Assembly (NCBI GenBank): GCA_902546765.1 | Contig: CACCLG010000002.1 | Coordinates: 18,839-82,838 of the forward strand | Reading direction: 5' to 3' | DNA: 64,000 bases | Source: an uncultured Pelagibacteraceae bacterium | Lineage (GTDB): Bacteria; Pseudomonadota; Alphaproteobacteria; Pelagibacterales; Pelagibacteraceae | Shown here: in pieces, positions 10,538 through 20,256 of the stretch | Position numbering within the stretch: position 1 is the stretch's first letter | Layout: every line of letters starts with the position of its first letter | Notes under the pieces: generated by a model | What the model was told of the DNA's origin: nothing | What the model saw: only the letters and a program-made list of their open reading frames with translations | Database searches by the model: none | Program-made: the position numbers and the translations under genes

Positions 10538-11576
10538 CTGATTTCATAGATTTCATAACAATAGCACGGTCTATTTCTCCCAATAATTTACCTGTATCAC
10601 TACACACAACAGGAAATGCTTTATCACTATCAACAAGTTTATCTATTAAGGTTTCAATTTTAGAGTTGTCTAAAATATAATTTTGTTTTGAGTTATAAAA
10701 TTCTTTCGTATCAGAGCAACATTCAACTCTCATTACTTTAGAAGCACTTAAAACTTTATATTTTGGCACGTCTTCACAAAAATCTTTTACATATTGATCC
10801 TTAGGATTTGCAACAATTTCCTCTGGCGTTCCTATTTGTGATACTTCGCCGTCTTTCATTATTGCAATATGATCTGCCATTTTAATAGCTTCTAAAAAGT
10901 CATGAGTAATAAACACCATAGTTTTTTTTACTTTTTCTTGAATATTTAAAAGTTCGTCTTGCATTTCTCTTCTAATAAGTGGGTCAAGTGCTGAAAAAGG
11001 TTCGTCGAATATTAAAATTTCTGGATCTACTGCCAATGCTCTTGCTAAACCGACCCGTTGTTGCATCCCGCCTGAAAGTTCTCGAGGATAATTATTTTGC
11101 CATCCATCTAAACCCACCATTTTTAAAACTTCCATTGATTTTTCAATTCTCTCAATTTTTTTGCTTCCTCTTACTTCTAAGCCGTAACCAATATTTTCTA
11201 CAACTGTCCTATGTGGAAAAAGTCCAAAATGCTGAAAAACCATACTCATTTTGTTTCTTCTTAAATCTAGCAACTCCCTATTACTCATCTTTGTTACATC
11301 TACGTCATCCATTTTTACCATTCCTGAAGTAGGCTCTATCAGTCTTGAAATGCATCTTACTAATGTTGATTTTCCACTTCCTGATAAACCCATTACAACA
11401 AAAGTTTCGCCTTTTTGTATTGAAAAACTTACATCTTTCACGGCAACTACGTGTCCAGTTTTCTCTTGCACTTCCTTAATTGATAATTTCGGATCTAGTT
11501 CCTTCATTACTCTTTTTTCATCAGGCCCAAAAAGTTTCCAAATATTTGAACAAGTTATTTTTGAAGAACTACTCAT
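10530..11576 (-). CDS. ProV/OpuAA-like quaternary-amine ABC transporter ATP-binding subunit
   Basis: Walker [44 protein letters not shown], degenerate C-terminal CBS-like region. Confidence 0.93.
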   Translation of the reverse strand: MSSSSKITCSNIWKLFGPDEKRVMKELDPKLSIKEVQEKTGHVVAVKDVSFSIQKGETFVVMGLSGSGKSTLVRCISRLIEPTSGMVKMDDVDVTKMSNRELLDLRRNKMSMVFQHFGLFPHRTVVENIGYGLEVRGSKKIERIEKSMEVLKMVGLDGWQNNYPRELSGGMQQRVGLARALAVDPEILIFDEPFSALDPLIRREMQDELLNIQEKVKKTMVFITHDFLEAIKMADHIAIMKDGEVSQIGTPEEIVANPKDQYVKDFCEDVPKYKVLSASKVMRVECCSDTKEFYNSKQNYILDNSKIETLIDKLVDSDKAFPVVCSDTGKLLGEIDRAIVMKSMKSAS

Positions 11577-11653
11577 AATTTCAATGTATTAAGATCAAAA
11601 TAGACAATATTTTCCTTTAAATGTAAAATAATTTATTTTAATTTATAAATACA

Positions 11654-13777
11654 ATGGATGCAGTCCAAAAAACACTGAAAAATAAAAATAATACAAACAA
11701 TATTATAAAATATTCATTGGTATTATTGGTTTTTATTGGAGCTTTATTTCTTTCAACTCAAAATGACGGACCATCAAAATTTCCTAAAGTTGTAACTGAT
11801 GAATTTACTTTTACAGCATGGGTAAATGAAGGGGAAGATTATCTAAAGAAAAATTACAGATGGATTACAAAAATTTTAGCAAATTACATTAAAGCTGGTT
11901 ATTATTTTTTGGAAGATTTTTTGCTTGAGTCACCTTGGATTTTAGTCGCTGCAATTTTAACTCTTCCTTGTTTTATAGTTGGTGGGCTAAAATTAGGCTT
12001 GTTTTCTTGCTTTGTAATTTATTTTTGGGGGGCTGTTGGATTATGGGAAGCATCTCTTCAAACAGTTGCTTTAATGGGATTGTCGGTTTTCTTATGTGTA
12101 TTTTTCGGAGTATTACTTGGAATAGCCTGCTCTCAGAGTGATAGATTTGAAAATTTTATGAAACCTGTTTTGGATACTATGCAGGTTATGCCTGCTTTTG
12201 TTTATTTATTTCCTGCATTATTTTTTTTTGGAATTGGAGGGGCGCCTGCAATATTAGCTACAATGATTTATTCAATGCCACCAATCATTCGATTAACCAA
12301 CACTGGTATACGGCAAGTTTCAAAAGAAACTGTGGAGTCTGCGACTTCGTTTGGTTCAAGTAAGTTGCAATTATTATTAAAAATTAAAATTCCTATGTCT
12401 TTGCCAAGTATTATGATGGGCATCAATCAAGTTATTATGATGGCTTTAGCTCTTGTTGTATTAGCATGTTTTATTGGTGCAGAAGGAATTGGTGGACAAG
12501 TATGGCAAGCAATAAGAAGACTTGATGTGGGATGGGCAATGGAAGGTGGTCTTTGTATTTTATTCATGGCAATAATGTTTGATAGATTTAGTAAAGCTTG
12601 CAGTAATAAAGAAGTCAAACTTCCATCAAATGCAAAAAAATTTCATTTGCTTCCTCAAAATCTAGAAAAATATAAAATTGCAAGAATTTTGGAAATGCCT
12701 TTAGATATTACAAGCAAAATTATAGACTTTATATGTATTAAAATTACAAATTTTATTGCATCCTTCACAAGTATTATAATTTCAATTTTCAATAAAAATA
12801 CTGCAAATGATATTGGTGAATTTATAAGTAGAAGATTTTATTTGATTCCATCATTGATAGCTTTATTTGTTATTTCATTCATAGATTCTAATTTACATGA
12901 AATAGGGACGTTTCCTAAAGAGTGGAAGTTATCAATAAGACAACCGATTTCTAATGCTGTAGAGTCGTTGACAGTTGATCCAGGCTTTATTGCATTTTCT
13001 AAAGGATTAAGAGGATTTGTTTATCTTAATTTATTAAGGCCTTTAGACATTTTTTTAACTCATACACCATGGTGGTATACATTAGCAGTTTTTGCAAGTA
13101 TTGGTTATTTTACAGTTGGACTAAGGTTTGCAATTATTACAATAATACTTTTATTGTTTATTGGAGCTTGTGGAATATGGCCCCAATCAATGATTACGTT
13201 ATCCTCGGTTTTAGTTTCAGTATTGTTATGTTTTATAATAGGAGTTCCTCTTGGTATAATAGCTTCTTACAGCGAAAGATTTAAAAATGTTCAAGATGTT
13301 GTACTGGATGCTATGCAAACGCTTCCATATTTTTGTTATTTAATTCCAGTTTTAATGTTTTTTGGAGGTGGAATAGTTTCTGCAGTTCTGGCTACAGTAA
13401 TATATTCTATACCGCCTATAATAAGATTAACTGCGCTTGGATTAACTCAAGTATCTGGTACCTATTCAGAGGTATCAAGATCTTTTGGTGGATCCCTTTT
13501 GCAAACTCTCAATAAAGTAAAATTTCCTTTAGCTATACCAAGTTTAGTAATAGGTTTTAATCAAACTGTAATTATGGCGTTTGCAATGCAAATTGTTACT
13601 CCACTTATAGGTGGAAAAGGACTGGGTCTAGAGGTTTTTAATGGATTAGCTAGATCTGATACTGGAAGAGGATTGGCAGCAGGTGTTGGGATAGTCCTTC
13701 TAGCAATTATAATTGATAGAATAAGTCTTGCTTGGACAAAGAAACAAAGAATAGCATTAGGTTTAGCCAAAAAATAA
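11654..13777 (+). CDS. ProW/OpuAB-like ABC permease with two fused permease modules
   Basis: Two repeats: LDTMQVMPAFVYLFP...PPIIRLT...GINQ and LDAMQTLPYFCYLIP...PPIIRLT...GFNQ. Confidence 0.92.
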   Translation: MDAVQKTLKNKNNTNNIIKYSLVLLVFIGALFLSTQNDGPSKFPKVVTDEFTFTAWVNEGEDYLKKNYRWITKILANYIKAGYYFLEDFLLESPWILVAAILTLPCFIVGGLKLGLFSCFVIYFWGAVGLWEASLQTVALMGLSVFLCVFFGVLLGIACSQSDRFENFMKPVLDTMQVMPAFVYLFPALFFFGIGGAPAILATMIYSMPPIIRLTNTGIRQVSKETVESATSFGSSKLQLLLKIKIPMSLPSIMMGINQVIMMALALVVLACFIGAEGIGGQVWQAIRRLDVGWAMEGGLCILFMAIMFDRFSKACSNKEVKLPSNAKKFHLLPQNLEKYKIARILEMPLDITSKIIDFICIKITNFIASFTSIIISIFNKNTANDIGEFISRRFYLIPSLIALFVISFIDSNLHEIGTFPKEWKLSIRQPISNAVESLTVDPGFIAFSKGLRGFVYLNLLRPLDIFLTHTPWWYTLAVFASIGYFTVGLRFAIITIILLLFIGACGIWPQSMITLSSVLVSVLLCFIIGVPLGIIASYSERFKNVQDVVLDAMQTLPYFCYLIPVLMFFGGGIVSAVLATVIYSIPPIIRLTALGLTQVSGTYSEVSRSFGGSLLQTLNKVKFPLAIPSLVIGFNQTVIMAFAMQIVTPLIGGKGLGLEVFNGLARSDTGRGLAAGVGIVLLAIIIDRISLAWTKKQRIALGLAKK

Positions 13778-16108
13778 ATGACCAAAAATAAAGGTCTGCC
13801 CTTAACTAGTAACCATTGGGGTACCTACAGGGCCAAAGTTAAAAATGGCAAGCTCGAGGAACTCATTGGTTGGGAACATGACAAAGACCCATCTCCTATA
13901 GCACAAGGAATTGTTGATGTGCTCGATGGACCAACACGTATTGAAAAGCCAATGGTTAGAAAAAGTTGGCTCGAGAAAGGTCCAGGGGCAAACAATAATT
14001 TAAGAGGTGTTGAACCATTTATTGCAGTTAGTTGGGATAAAGCAGAAGAACTTGTAGCAAACGAGATTAATAGAGTAAAAGATAAATATGGGAACTCCTC
14101 AATATTTGGTGGTTCGTATGGATGGGCAAGTGCAGGCAGATTTCATCATGCTCAAAGTCAATTACATAGATTTTTAAATTGTGTTGGTGGATATACAAGA
14201 TCAAAATTTACATACAGTTTTGCTGCTGCCGAGGCAATGGTTCCTCATATACTTGGGAGTTATCGTGCTTATCTTGATACATGTACTAGTTGGGAGTCTA
14301 TTAAAAAAAATACAGAAGTTTTTCTTTGTTTTGGTGGAATACCAATTAAAAATGGTCAAATTTCTCAAGGTGGAACAGGTCATCATTATCAAAAGGAAAA
14401 TTTAATTGAATCAGCAAATTCAGGAATAGAGTTTATAAATGTTAGTCCACTTAAATCAGATTTAATTAATGAGGTTAGTGGTGAATGGATTGCAGCAAGA
14501 CCTAACACAGATACTGCTTTAATGTTAGGGCTGGCTCATACAATTTATTCTGAAGGACTTATTGATACTAATTTCTTAAAAAAATATACAGAAGGTTTTG
14601 AAATATTTTTACCATACCTATTAGGAAAAAATGATGGTGTTGAAAAAAGTGCAGAATGGGCTTCAGCCATTTGTAATATTTCAGCATCTAAAATTAAAGA
14701 GATAGCTATAAAAATTTCAAAAAAAAGAAGTATGATTTCAATAAGCTGGTCGTTAACCAGACAAGATCATGGTGAACAACCATTTTGGATGGGTATTATG
14801 CTTGCTTCTATGATTGGTCAAATAGGATTACCAGGAGGTGGGTTTGGTTTTGGTTATAGCGCTACAAATTTTATTGGTGGTCAATTCAAAGTTTTACCTG
14901 GGGCAGCATTTCCACAAACAGAAAATAAAATAGAAAATTTTATACCAGTTGCAAGAATTAGTGATCTTTTGCTTCATCCAGGAAAAAAATTTGATTTTAA
15001 TGGAAAGTCATATGTGTATCCAGATACCAAGATAGTTTACTGGGCAGGTGGAAATCCATTTCATCATCATCAAGATTTAAATAGACTGATAAAAGCTTGG
15101 GAAAAACCAGATACAATAATTTCAAACGAATGGTGTTGGAATACACTCGCAAAAAGATCCGATATTGTTTTGCCTTGCACTACTCCGCTTGAGAGAACAG
15201 ACATAATGATGACACCTAGGGATCCATTTGTTGTATCAATGGATAAAATAATAGAACCTTATGGGCAATCTAAAAATGACTTCGAAATTTTTGCAAATAT
15301 TGCAAAAAAAATGGGGATTGAGGAAAAATTTACTGAGGGAAAAAGTCAAGATGAGTGGCAAGAATGGATTTATAAACAGACATTTGATAGAGCGGCAGCT
15401 GCAAATATTGAAATACCTAAATATGAAAAGTTCAGAGAGCAAAAATGGTTTAAAATTAGCGATCCGACAGAACCAACAATAATGTTGAAGGATTTTAGAG
15501 AAGATCCTAAAAAAAATCCACTGAACACACCAAGTGGTAAAATAGAAATCTTCTCAAAGACAGTGGCTGACTTTAATTATGATGATTGTCCAGGACATCC
15601 AGTATGGTTTGAACCTTGTGAATGGCTGGGCAAAGTAAATAAAAAATATCCGATTCACTTAATATCAAATCAACCTAAAAATAAACTACACAGCCAAATG
15701 GATCATGGAAAGTATAGTAAGTCATTTAAAATAAATGAGAGAGAGCCACTTGAAATTAATCCTTTAGATGCAAAAAAACGTGATTTAAAAAATGGAGATG
15801 TAGTTAAAATGTTCAATGATAGAGGATCTTGCTTGGCTGGAATAAAGATCACAGATGATGTAATGCAGGGAGTAGTACAAATGAGTACTGGTGCTTGGTA
15901 TGATCCAGAAAATCCTAGTCAAGATGGAAGCATGTGTAAACATGGTAATCCAAATGTATTGACGCCCGACAAAGGTACATCTAAACTTGGACAAGGCCCT
16001 ATTGCACATTCTTGTCTTATTGAGATTGAAAAATACAATGATACACTTCCAGAATTAACTGCTTTTGATCCACCAACAATTTTAAGATCTAACGCAAAAA
16101 CAAACTAA
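13778..16108 (+). CDS. Molybdopterin guanine dinucleotide S/N-oxide reductase (BisC/DMSO reductase family), cytoplasmic
   Basis: SNHWG, PMVRKSWL, GGSYGWASAGRFHHAQ, TYSFAAA (Mo-ligand Ser), WAGGNPFHHHQDLN, TPSGKIEI, LHSQ. No Tat signal and no Fe-S Cys motif. Confidence 0.93.
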   Translation: MTKNKGLPLTSNHWGTYRAKVKNGKLEELIGWEHDKDPSPIAQGIVDVLDGPTRIEKPMVRKSWLEKGPGANNNLRGVEPFIAVSWDKAEELVANEINRVKDKYGNSSIFGGSYGWASAGRFHHAQSQLHRFLNCVGGYTRSKFTYSFAAAEAMVPHILGSYRAYLDTCTSWESIKKNTEVFLCFGGIPIKNGQISQGGTGHHYQKENLIESANSGIEFINVSPLKSDLINEVSGEWIAARPNTDTALMLGLAHTIYSEGLIDTNFLKKYTEGFEIFLPYLLGKNDGVEKSAEWASAICNISASKIKEIAIKISKKRSMISISWSLTRQDHGEQPFWMGIMLASMIGQIGLPGGGFGFGYSATNFIGGQFKVLPGAAFPQTENKIENFIPVARISDLLLHPGKKFDFNGKSYVYPDTKIVYWAGGNPFHHHQDLNRLIKAWEKPDTIISNEWCWNTLAKRSDIVLPCTTPLERTDIMMTPRDPFVVSMDKIIEPYGQSKNDFEIFANIAKKMGIEEKFTEGKSQDEWQEWIYKQTFDRAAAANIEIPKYEKFREQKWFKISDPTEPTIMLKDFREDPKKNPLNTPSGKIEIFSKTVADFNYDDCPGHPVWFEPCEWLGKVNKKYPIHLISNQPKNKLHSQMDHGKYSKSFKINEREPLEINPLDAKKRDLKNGDVVKMFNDRGSCLAGIKITDDVMQGVVQMSTGAWYDPENPSQDGSMCKHGNPNVLTPDKGTSKLGQGPIAHSCLIEIEKYNDTLPELTAFDPPTILRSNAKTN

Positions 16109-16118
16109 AGAGATTAAA

Positions 16119-17294
16119 TTGGGAAATCTACAAGAAGAATCTGATCTTAACAAAACCATTAAAATAAGTGCAAGAAGATTTGAAGAGTCTCCTTACATTG
16201 AAAGAACCAATAGTCCTAAAATGGTCCGTGGAGTTTATGCAGGACGATATTTTCCAATATCAATAGGTGAAGATCCAATCGAAAAATATTGGCTACTAAG
16301 ACAGAAGGCATTAATTTTTGACGTTCCAGAAAAGCCAGTGGAAATATCAGGTAAAGATGCAATTCCCTTTTTAGAAAAAATATTAACAAGAAAAATTTCA
16401 TCAATAAAAGAAGGTAGAGGTTATTATTCTTTAGCGTGTACTCCTCAAGGTGGGATTTTTATGGATGGAGTGATTTTTAAATTTAATGATAATAAATTTT
16501 GGTATGTACAAGCTGATGGTCCGTTTGAAGATTGGTTATTAGCTCATAGTGAAAATTTCGATGTAAAAATATCAGATCCGAAGTCAAGGGTTCTACAAAT
16601 TCAAGGTCCTGCATCGATTGATATTATGAAAGCAGCATCAAAAGGAAATATAGATGAAAACATGCCATATTTTAGATCAGGTTTTTTTAATCTTGGAGGA
16701 CAAGATCTATATGTTTCAAGAACTGGTTTTACTAACGAGCTTGGTTTTGAAATTTATTCTGATGGTTATAAGACAGATCACTTAGCTCTTTGGGATCATT
16801 TAATAGAATGTGGAAAGCCTTATGGGATGGAACTATCATCCTCTCGTGCGATGACTATAAGAAGAATTGAGGGAGGAATATTTGGAAATTTAACTGATAT
16901 TGATACTACTTTGACTCCATTTGAGGCTGGTTTAGGATTTTTTGTAAATATGGATAAAGGTGATTTTATTGGAAGGGAAGCATTATTAAAAAAAAACAAA
17001 GGAACATGTTTATTTGGTGTTACTTGTGAAACTGATACACCGACTTCTGGAAGTAAAGTTATAGAAGGTGATAACGTTGTAGGAAATATAACTGCGGGTG
17101 TACCCTCACCTACATTAAAACTTGGAATTGGATATGTGAGATTTTATGAACCAAAAGAATGGCCTGGTAAAAAGTTAAAGTTAGAGTTGCCCAATGGTGA
17201 AATCCATGACTGTAATGTTGTTAATTTACCATTTTTTGATCATGAAAAAAAAATTGTTAAAGGAATAGACCGTACAATCCCAAAGAAACCATAA
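16119..17294 (+). CDS. THF-dependent aminomethyltransferase family demethylase (GcvT/DmdA-like)
   Basis: IFDV, VEISGKDA, IQGP, SRTGFTNELGFEIY, RRIEGG, TPFEAGL, FIGREAL, SPTL, LPFFD. TTG start. Confidence 0.9.
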   Translation: MGNLQEESDLNKTIKISARRFEESPYIERTNSPKMVRGVYAGRYFPISIGEDPIEKYWLLRQKALIFDVPEKPVEISGKDAIPFLEKILTRKISSIKEGRGYYSLACTPQGGIFMDGVIFKFNDNKFWYVQADGPFEDWLLAHSENFDVKISDPKSRVLQIQGPASIDIMKAASKGNIDENMPYFRSGFFNLGGQDLYVSRTGFTNELGFEIYSDGYKTDHLALWDHLIECGKPYGMELSSSRAMTIRRIEGGIFGNLTDIDTTLTPFEAGLGFFVNMDKGDFIGREALLKKNKGTCLFGVTCETDTPTSGSKVIEGDNVVGNITAGVPSPTLKLGIGYVRFYEPKEWPGKKLKLELPNGEIHDCNVVNLPFFDHEKKIVKGIDRTIPKKP

Positions 17295-17354
17295 AATGGT
17301 CAATAGACCGCATTTTTAAGGTACAAATGCCCTGAGTTTTAAAATTATATACAG

Positions 17355-17408
17355 TTTACATTCGCTGAATTTTTGGGCTAAAATAATATTTTAAATTTAA
17401 AAAGAGGA
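17355..17408 (+). promoter_or_regulatory. Putative sigma70 promoter and RBS for the substrate-binding protein gene
   Basis: TTTACA (17355-17360), 18-nt spacer, TAAAAT (17379-17384); GAGGA at 17404-17408, upstream of the ATG at 17417. Confidence 0.45.
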
Positions 17409-17416
17409 TAAAACAT

Positions 17417-18427
17417 ATGAGGTTATCAAAGACAATATCAGCACTATTTTTATCTTTAGTGCTTATGGTAGGTAGTTTTGGAACAGCTAATGCTGCTAAA
17501 AGACTACATGCTGCTATTGCTGACTGGACAGGTGGAATAATTACTTGTGAAGTCGCTGTAGCAATTCTCGAAAGAGAAATGGGTTATAAGATTAAACAAA
17601 CAGTATTTCCTTCAGGGACTGGTCTATGGGAGGCTATTGCAGCTGGTGAACTAGATTTTGCTTGTGAGAGCTGGCCAAGTTATGCTGAAGCAGATGATGT
17701 AATGTTTAATGAAGATTTAATTTATGATGGCAAAGTAGTAAAATCTTACAAAGGCGATGGAACAGTTGACCTTTTAGGAACTACTGGAATTATAGGTATG
17801 TCAGATTACTGGATACCAAAGTATGCTGCAGATGAATTAGGTATCAAAACTTGGAGAGACCTAAACAAACATAAAGCTAAATTTGCAACTATTGAGACAG
17901 GTGGTAAAGGAAGATTAATTGGTTGTCCAGTAGCTGGTTGGAACTGTCATGATCAAAAAAGACTAGATCTTTTAGGAATTGATTTCCAAGCAGATGAACT
18001 AGGTACAGAAGCTGCTGCAATTGCGGAAGCAAAAGCTGCTTACATGAGAAAAGAACCTTTCTTATTATACCTATGGTCACCACATTGGTTTTTTGGAGAG
18101 TTTGATATGGTAGGTGTTCAACTTCCTGAGTATGCAACATGTGAAGGTGATACATTTACTGAAGCAAACAACTGGAAGACTTGTGGTACAAAAGGATGGC
18201 CTGCAACTGGTTGGGACAAAGACTATACCATGAACTACGGAAATCCTGCTACTTTTGCTAAAGCAGAACACTCTGATGCAAAAACTTTTTTTGAAAAAAT
18301 GAAATTAGAAAATATCGACCAAGCTAAAATGTTAGTTGAAGTAGATATCAAAAAAAGAGATGTTAAAGAAGTTGTTAACGAGTGGTTAGACAACAATCCA
18401 AATAAATGGAAAAGTTGGTTACCGTAA
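17417..18427 (+). CDS. ProX/OpuAC-like ABC substrate-binding protein
   Basis: Signal peptide ending ANA-A; DWTG, ESWP, GKGRLIGCP..GWNC, LWSPHW, and C-terminal W...N...W..W. Confidence 0.9.
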   Translation: MRLSKTISALFLSLVLMVGSFGTANAAKRLHAAIADWTGGIITCEVAVAILEREMGYKIKQTVFPSGTGLWEAIAAGELDFACESWPSYAEADDVMFNEDLIYDGKVVKSYKGDGTVDLLGTTGIIGMSDYWIPKYAADELGIKTWRDLNKHKAKFATIETGGKGRLIGCPVAGWNCHDQKRLDLLGIDFQADELGTEAAAIAEAKAAYMRKEPFLLYLWSPHWFFGEFDMVGVQLPEYATCEGDTFTEANNWKTCGTKGWPATGWDKDYTMNYGNPATFAKAEHSDAKTFFEKMKLENIDQAKMLVEVDIKKRDVKEVVNEWLDNNPNKWKSWLP

Positions 18428-18452
18428 TAATTACTTAGTAACTATTTAAATT

Positions 18453-18487
18453 AAAGGGCTTTGATTAATTTCAAGGCCCTTTTTTTT
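18453..18487. terminator. Rho-independent terminator, probably bidirectional
   Basis: AAAGGGCTTTGA-ttaatt-TCAAGGCCCTTTTTTTT between the convergent SBP and rpoZ genes. Confidence 0.85.
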
Positions 18488-19004
18488 ATTCTTGATTATT
18501 TGGGTCTTGATCGTTTGCTAGAGTTTCTTCTTCTTGCATTTCCTCTAAAGAAGCGTCACCACTTTCCTCATTTGTGTCTATTGGATCTGACGTAGGTGTT
18601 TCAGTTGAATTTTGTAATTCTTCTAAATCATCCTTAGATACTTGAATTTTTTCTGGAATTTTTCTAGCTCTTTTAGATGGTAATATTGGAACACCACTTT
18701 TAGATATTTCACCTTTGTATAAATTTTCAAAATCATCACCTATATCTTCATCTTCTTCTCCAGTATCATCAACTTGCTCTACATGTTTTCTCAATTTATA
18801 TACTGCAGCTTCGGTTAAATCTGGAACTTTGATTGTTTCTTCTGCAATTTCTCTTAAAGCGATAACTGTATTCTTATCATTGTCTCTCTCTAAAGTAGGC
18901 TCTACCCCAGAATTCAGTTGAGTAGCTCTCTCTTTTGCCACTAACACTAACTCATATGGACTTTCTACTTTATCAATACAATCTTCTACTGTTACCCTAG
19001 CCAT
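18486..19004 (-). CDS. rpoZ: RNA polymerase omega subunit with acidic C-terminal extension
   Basis: [13 protein letters not shown]...ELVLVA...[16 protein letters not shown] is the alphaproteobacterial omega signature. Confidence 0.97.
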   Translation of the reverse strand: MARVTVEDCIDKVESPYELVLVAKERATQLNSGVEPTLERDNDKNTVIALREIAEETIKVPDLTEAAVYKLRKHVEQVDDTGEEDEDIGDDFENLYKGEISKSGVPILPSKRARKIPEKIQVSKDDLEELQNSTETPTSDPIDTNEESGDASLEEMQEEETLANDQDPNNQE

Positions 19005-19047
19005 GGCCGGTTATTTATACCTGGGTCTATAAAAAATCAAGCTATTT

Positions 19048-20256
19048 TTAGATATATTCAGGATTGAGTTTTTTTCTTACAAAAAAAAGCAAAACTATTG
19101 ATGAAAATATATAGATTGAAGAAACAATTGCAATTTTCTCAATTGTAAAACCAAAATCAATTAATACACCAAATAATGCTGTTCCAAATGCTGTTGAAAA
19201 AACCATCAATGCTGTGGTTAATGCCTTTATAGAACCAATGTGTTTTACACCATATAACTCAGCCCATGTGGATGAGCCTAAAACGTTAGCTAATCCATTT
19301 GAAATACCAATTAAACCTAAAAATACAAATGCAGTAAATGGAATATCAAAAAAAATAATAACAAATGTTGAAAGTAGCAAAGGTATATTCATAAAAATTA
19401 ATAATTTTCTGCTAGTAAACTTATCAATTAGGATGCCTGATATTAATAATGTAATTACTGACAGTAATGAATAAACCATAAAAGATTGTGCAATAACGTA
19501 TTCTCCCCATTCTTTGGAAGATGTAATAAATGATTGATAAACAAAAACACCAGTGGCAATCCATGGCATAGCAAGTAAATTTGCACTTATAATATAAAAT
19601 CTGTAATCCTTAATAACTTCAATTCTTGCCCATTGTTTTATGTCTTTATTCTTAACTTCATTATTTTGAGCGTTTTCTCTTGAATCTAAATTTAGTTGTT
19701 TAATTAAAAAGTAAGATGCAATTGGAAGAAAAACTAAAACCAACAATGAAATAAATATCCAAATATTTTGCCAGTTATATATGGTTAAAAGATAGATTAT
19801 TGTTACAGGTAAAATAAATTCAGCAACTGATAAACCAAACCATCCTATGCTTAAAGCTTTACCTCTAGATTTGGTAAAATATCTTGAAATTGTTGTTGAT
19901 GCCGTATGTGACATCATCCCTTGACCTGAAAATCGCATTAAAAATATAGCAATGAATAAAAATACAATTGATGAAATTTTTGAAAAGAAAAAACATGAAA
20001 AAGATAGAAGAACTGTTACATAAAGTGCAAATCTTAATACATTAATATCGTCAATTTTTTTTCCTACCCAAATGAATAAAAAACTACTTAATAATGTTGC
20101 GGTTGCATAAATTGATCCAAATTGTCCGTGGGAAATATTTAGAGCATCTCTTACACTCGGATTAAATAAACCAATAAAAAAACTCTGTCCAAAACTTGAA
20201 AAAAATGTAAAAATAAATCCAAATATAATTACTTTTAAACTTAAGCTTTTAAACAT
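19048..20256 (-). CDS. MFS transporter
   Basis: About 12 TM segments; FGQSFFIG, GKKID, RFSGQG, SRGKALS. Confidence 0.88.
   Translation of the reverse strand: MFKSLSLKVIIFGFIFTFFSSFGQSFFIGLFNPSVRDALNISHGQFGSIYATATLLSSFLFIWVGKKIDDINVLRFALYVTVLLSFSCFFFSKISSIVFLFIAIFLMRFSGQGMMSHTASTTISRYFTKSRGKALSIGWFGLSVAEFILPVTIIYLLTIYNWQNIWIFISLLVLVFLPIASYFLIKQLNLDSRENAQNNEVKNKDIKQWARIEVIKDYRFYIISANLLAMPWIATGVFVYQSFITSSKEWGEYVIAQSFMVYSLLSVITLLISGILIDKFTSRKLLIFMNIPLLLSTFVIIFFDIPFTAFVFLGLIGISNGLANVLGSSTWAELYGVKHIGSIKALTTALMVFSTAFGTALFGVLIDFGFTIEKIAIVSSIYIFSSIVLLFFVRKKLNPEYI

Noticed and set aside
17295-17416. Possible SAM-V or other riboswitch upstream of the SBP (short inverted repeats GGTC/GACC, GCATTT/AAATGC)
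   Set aside because: The stems are very short and I could not match a riboswitch consensus by eye. An Rfam/Infernal scan would settle it.
10530-18427. Canonical TMAO system (tmoXWV, torA, tdm)
   Set aside because: The SBP lacks the TmoX motifs I recall, the reductase has no Tat leader and has the DorA/BisC Tyr, and the demethylase lacks Tdm's extra N-terminal domain. TMAO as a substrate is not excluded, but gene symbols were withheld.
18486-19004. Long acidic tail on RpoZ as a novelty
   Set aside because: Acidic C-terminal extensions are common in alphaproteobacterial omega subunits.
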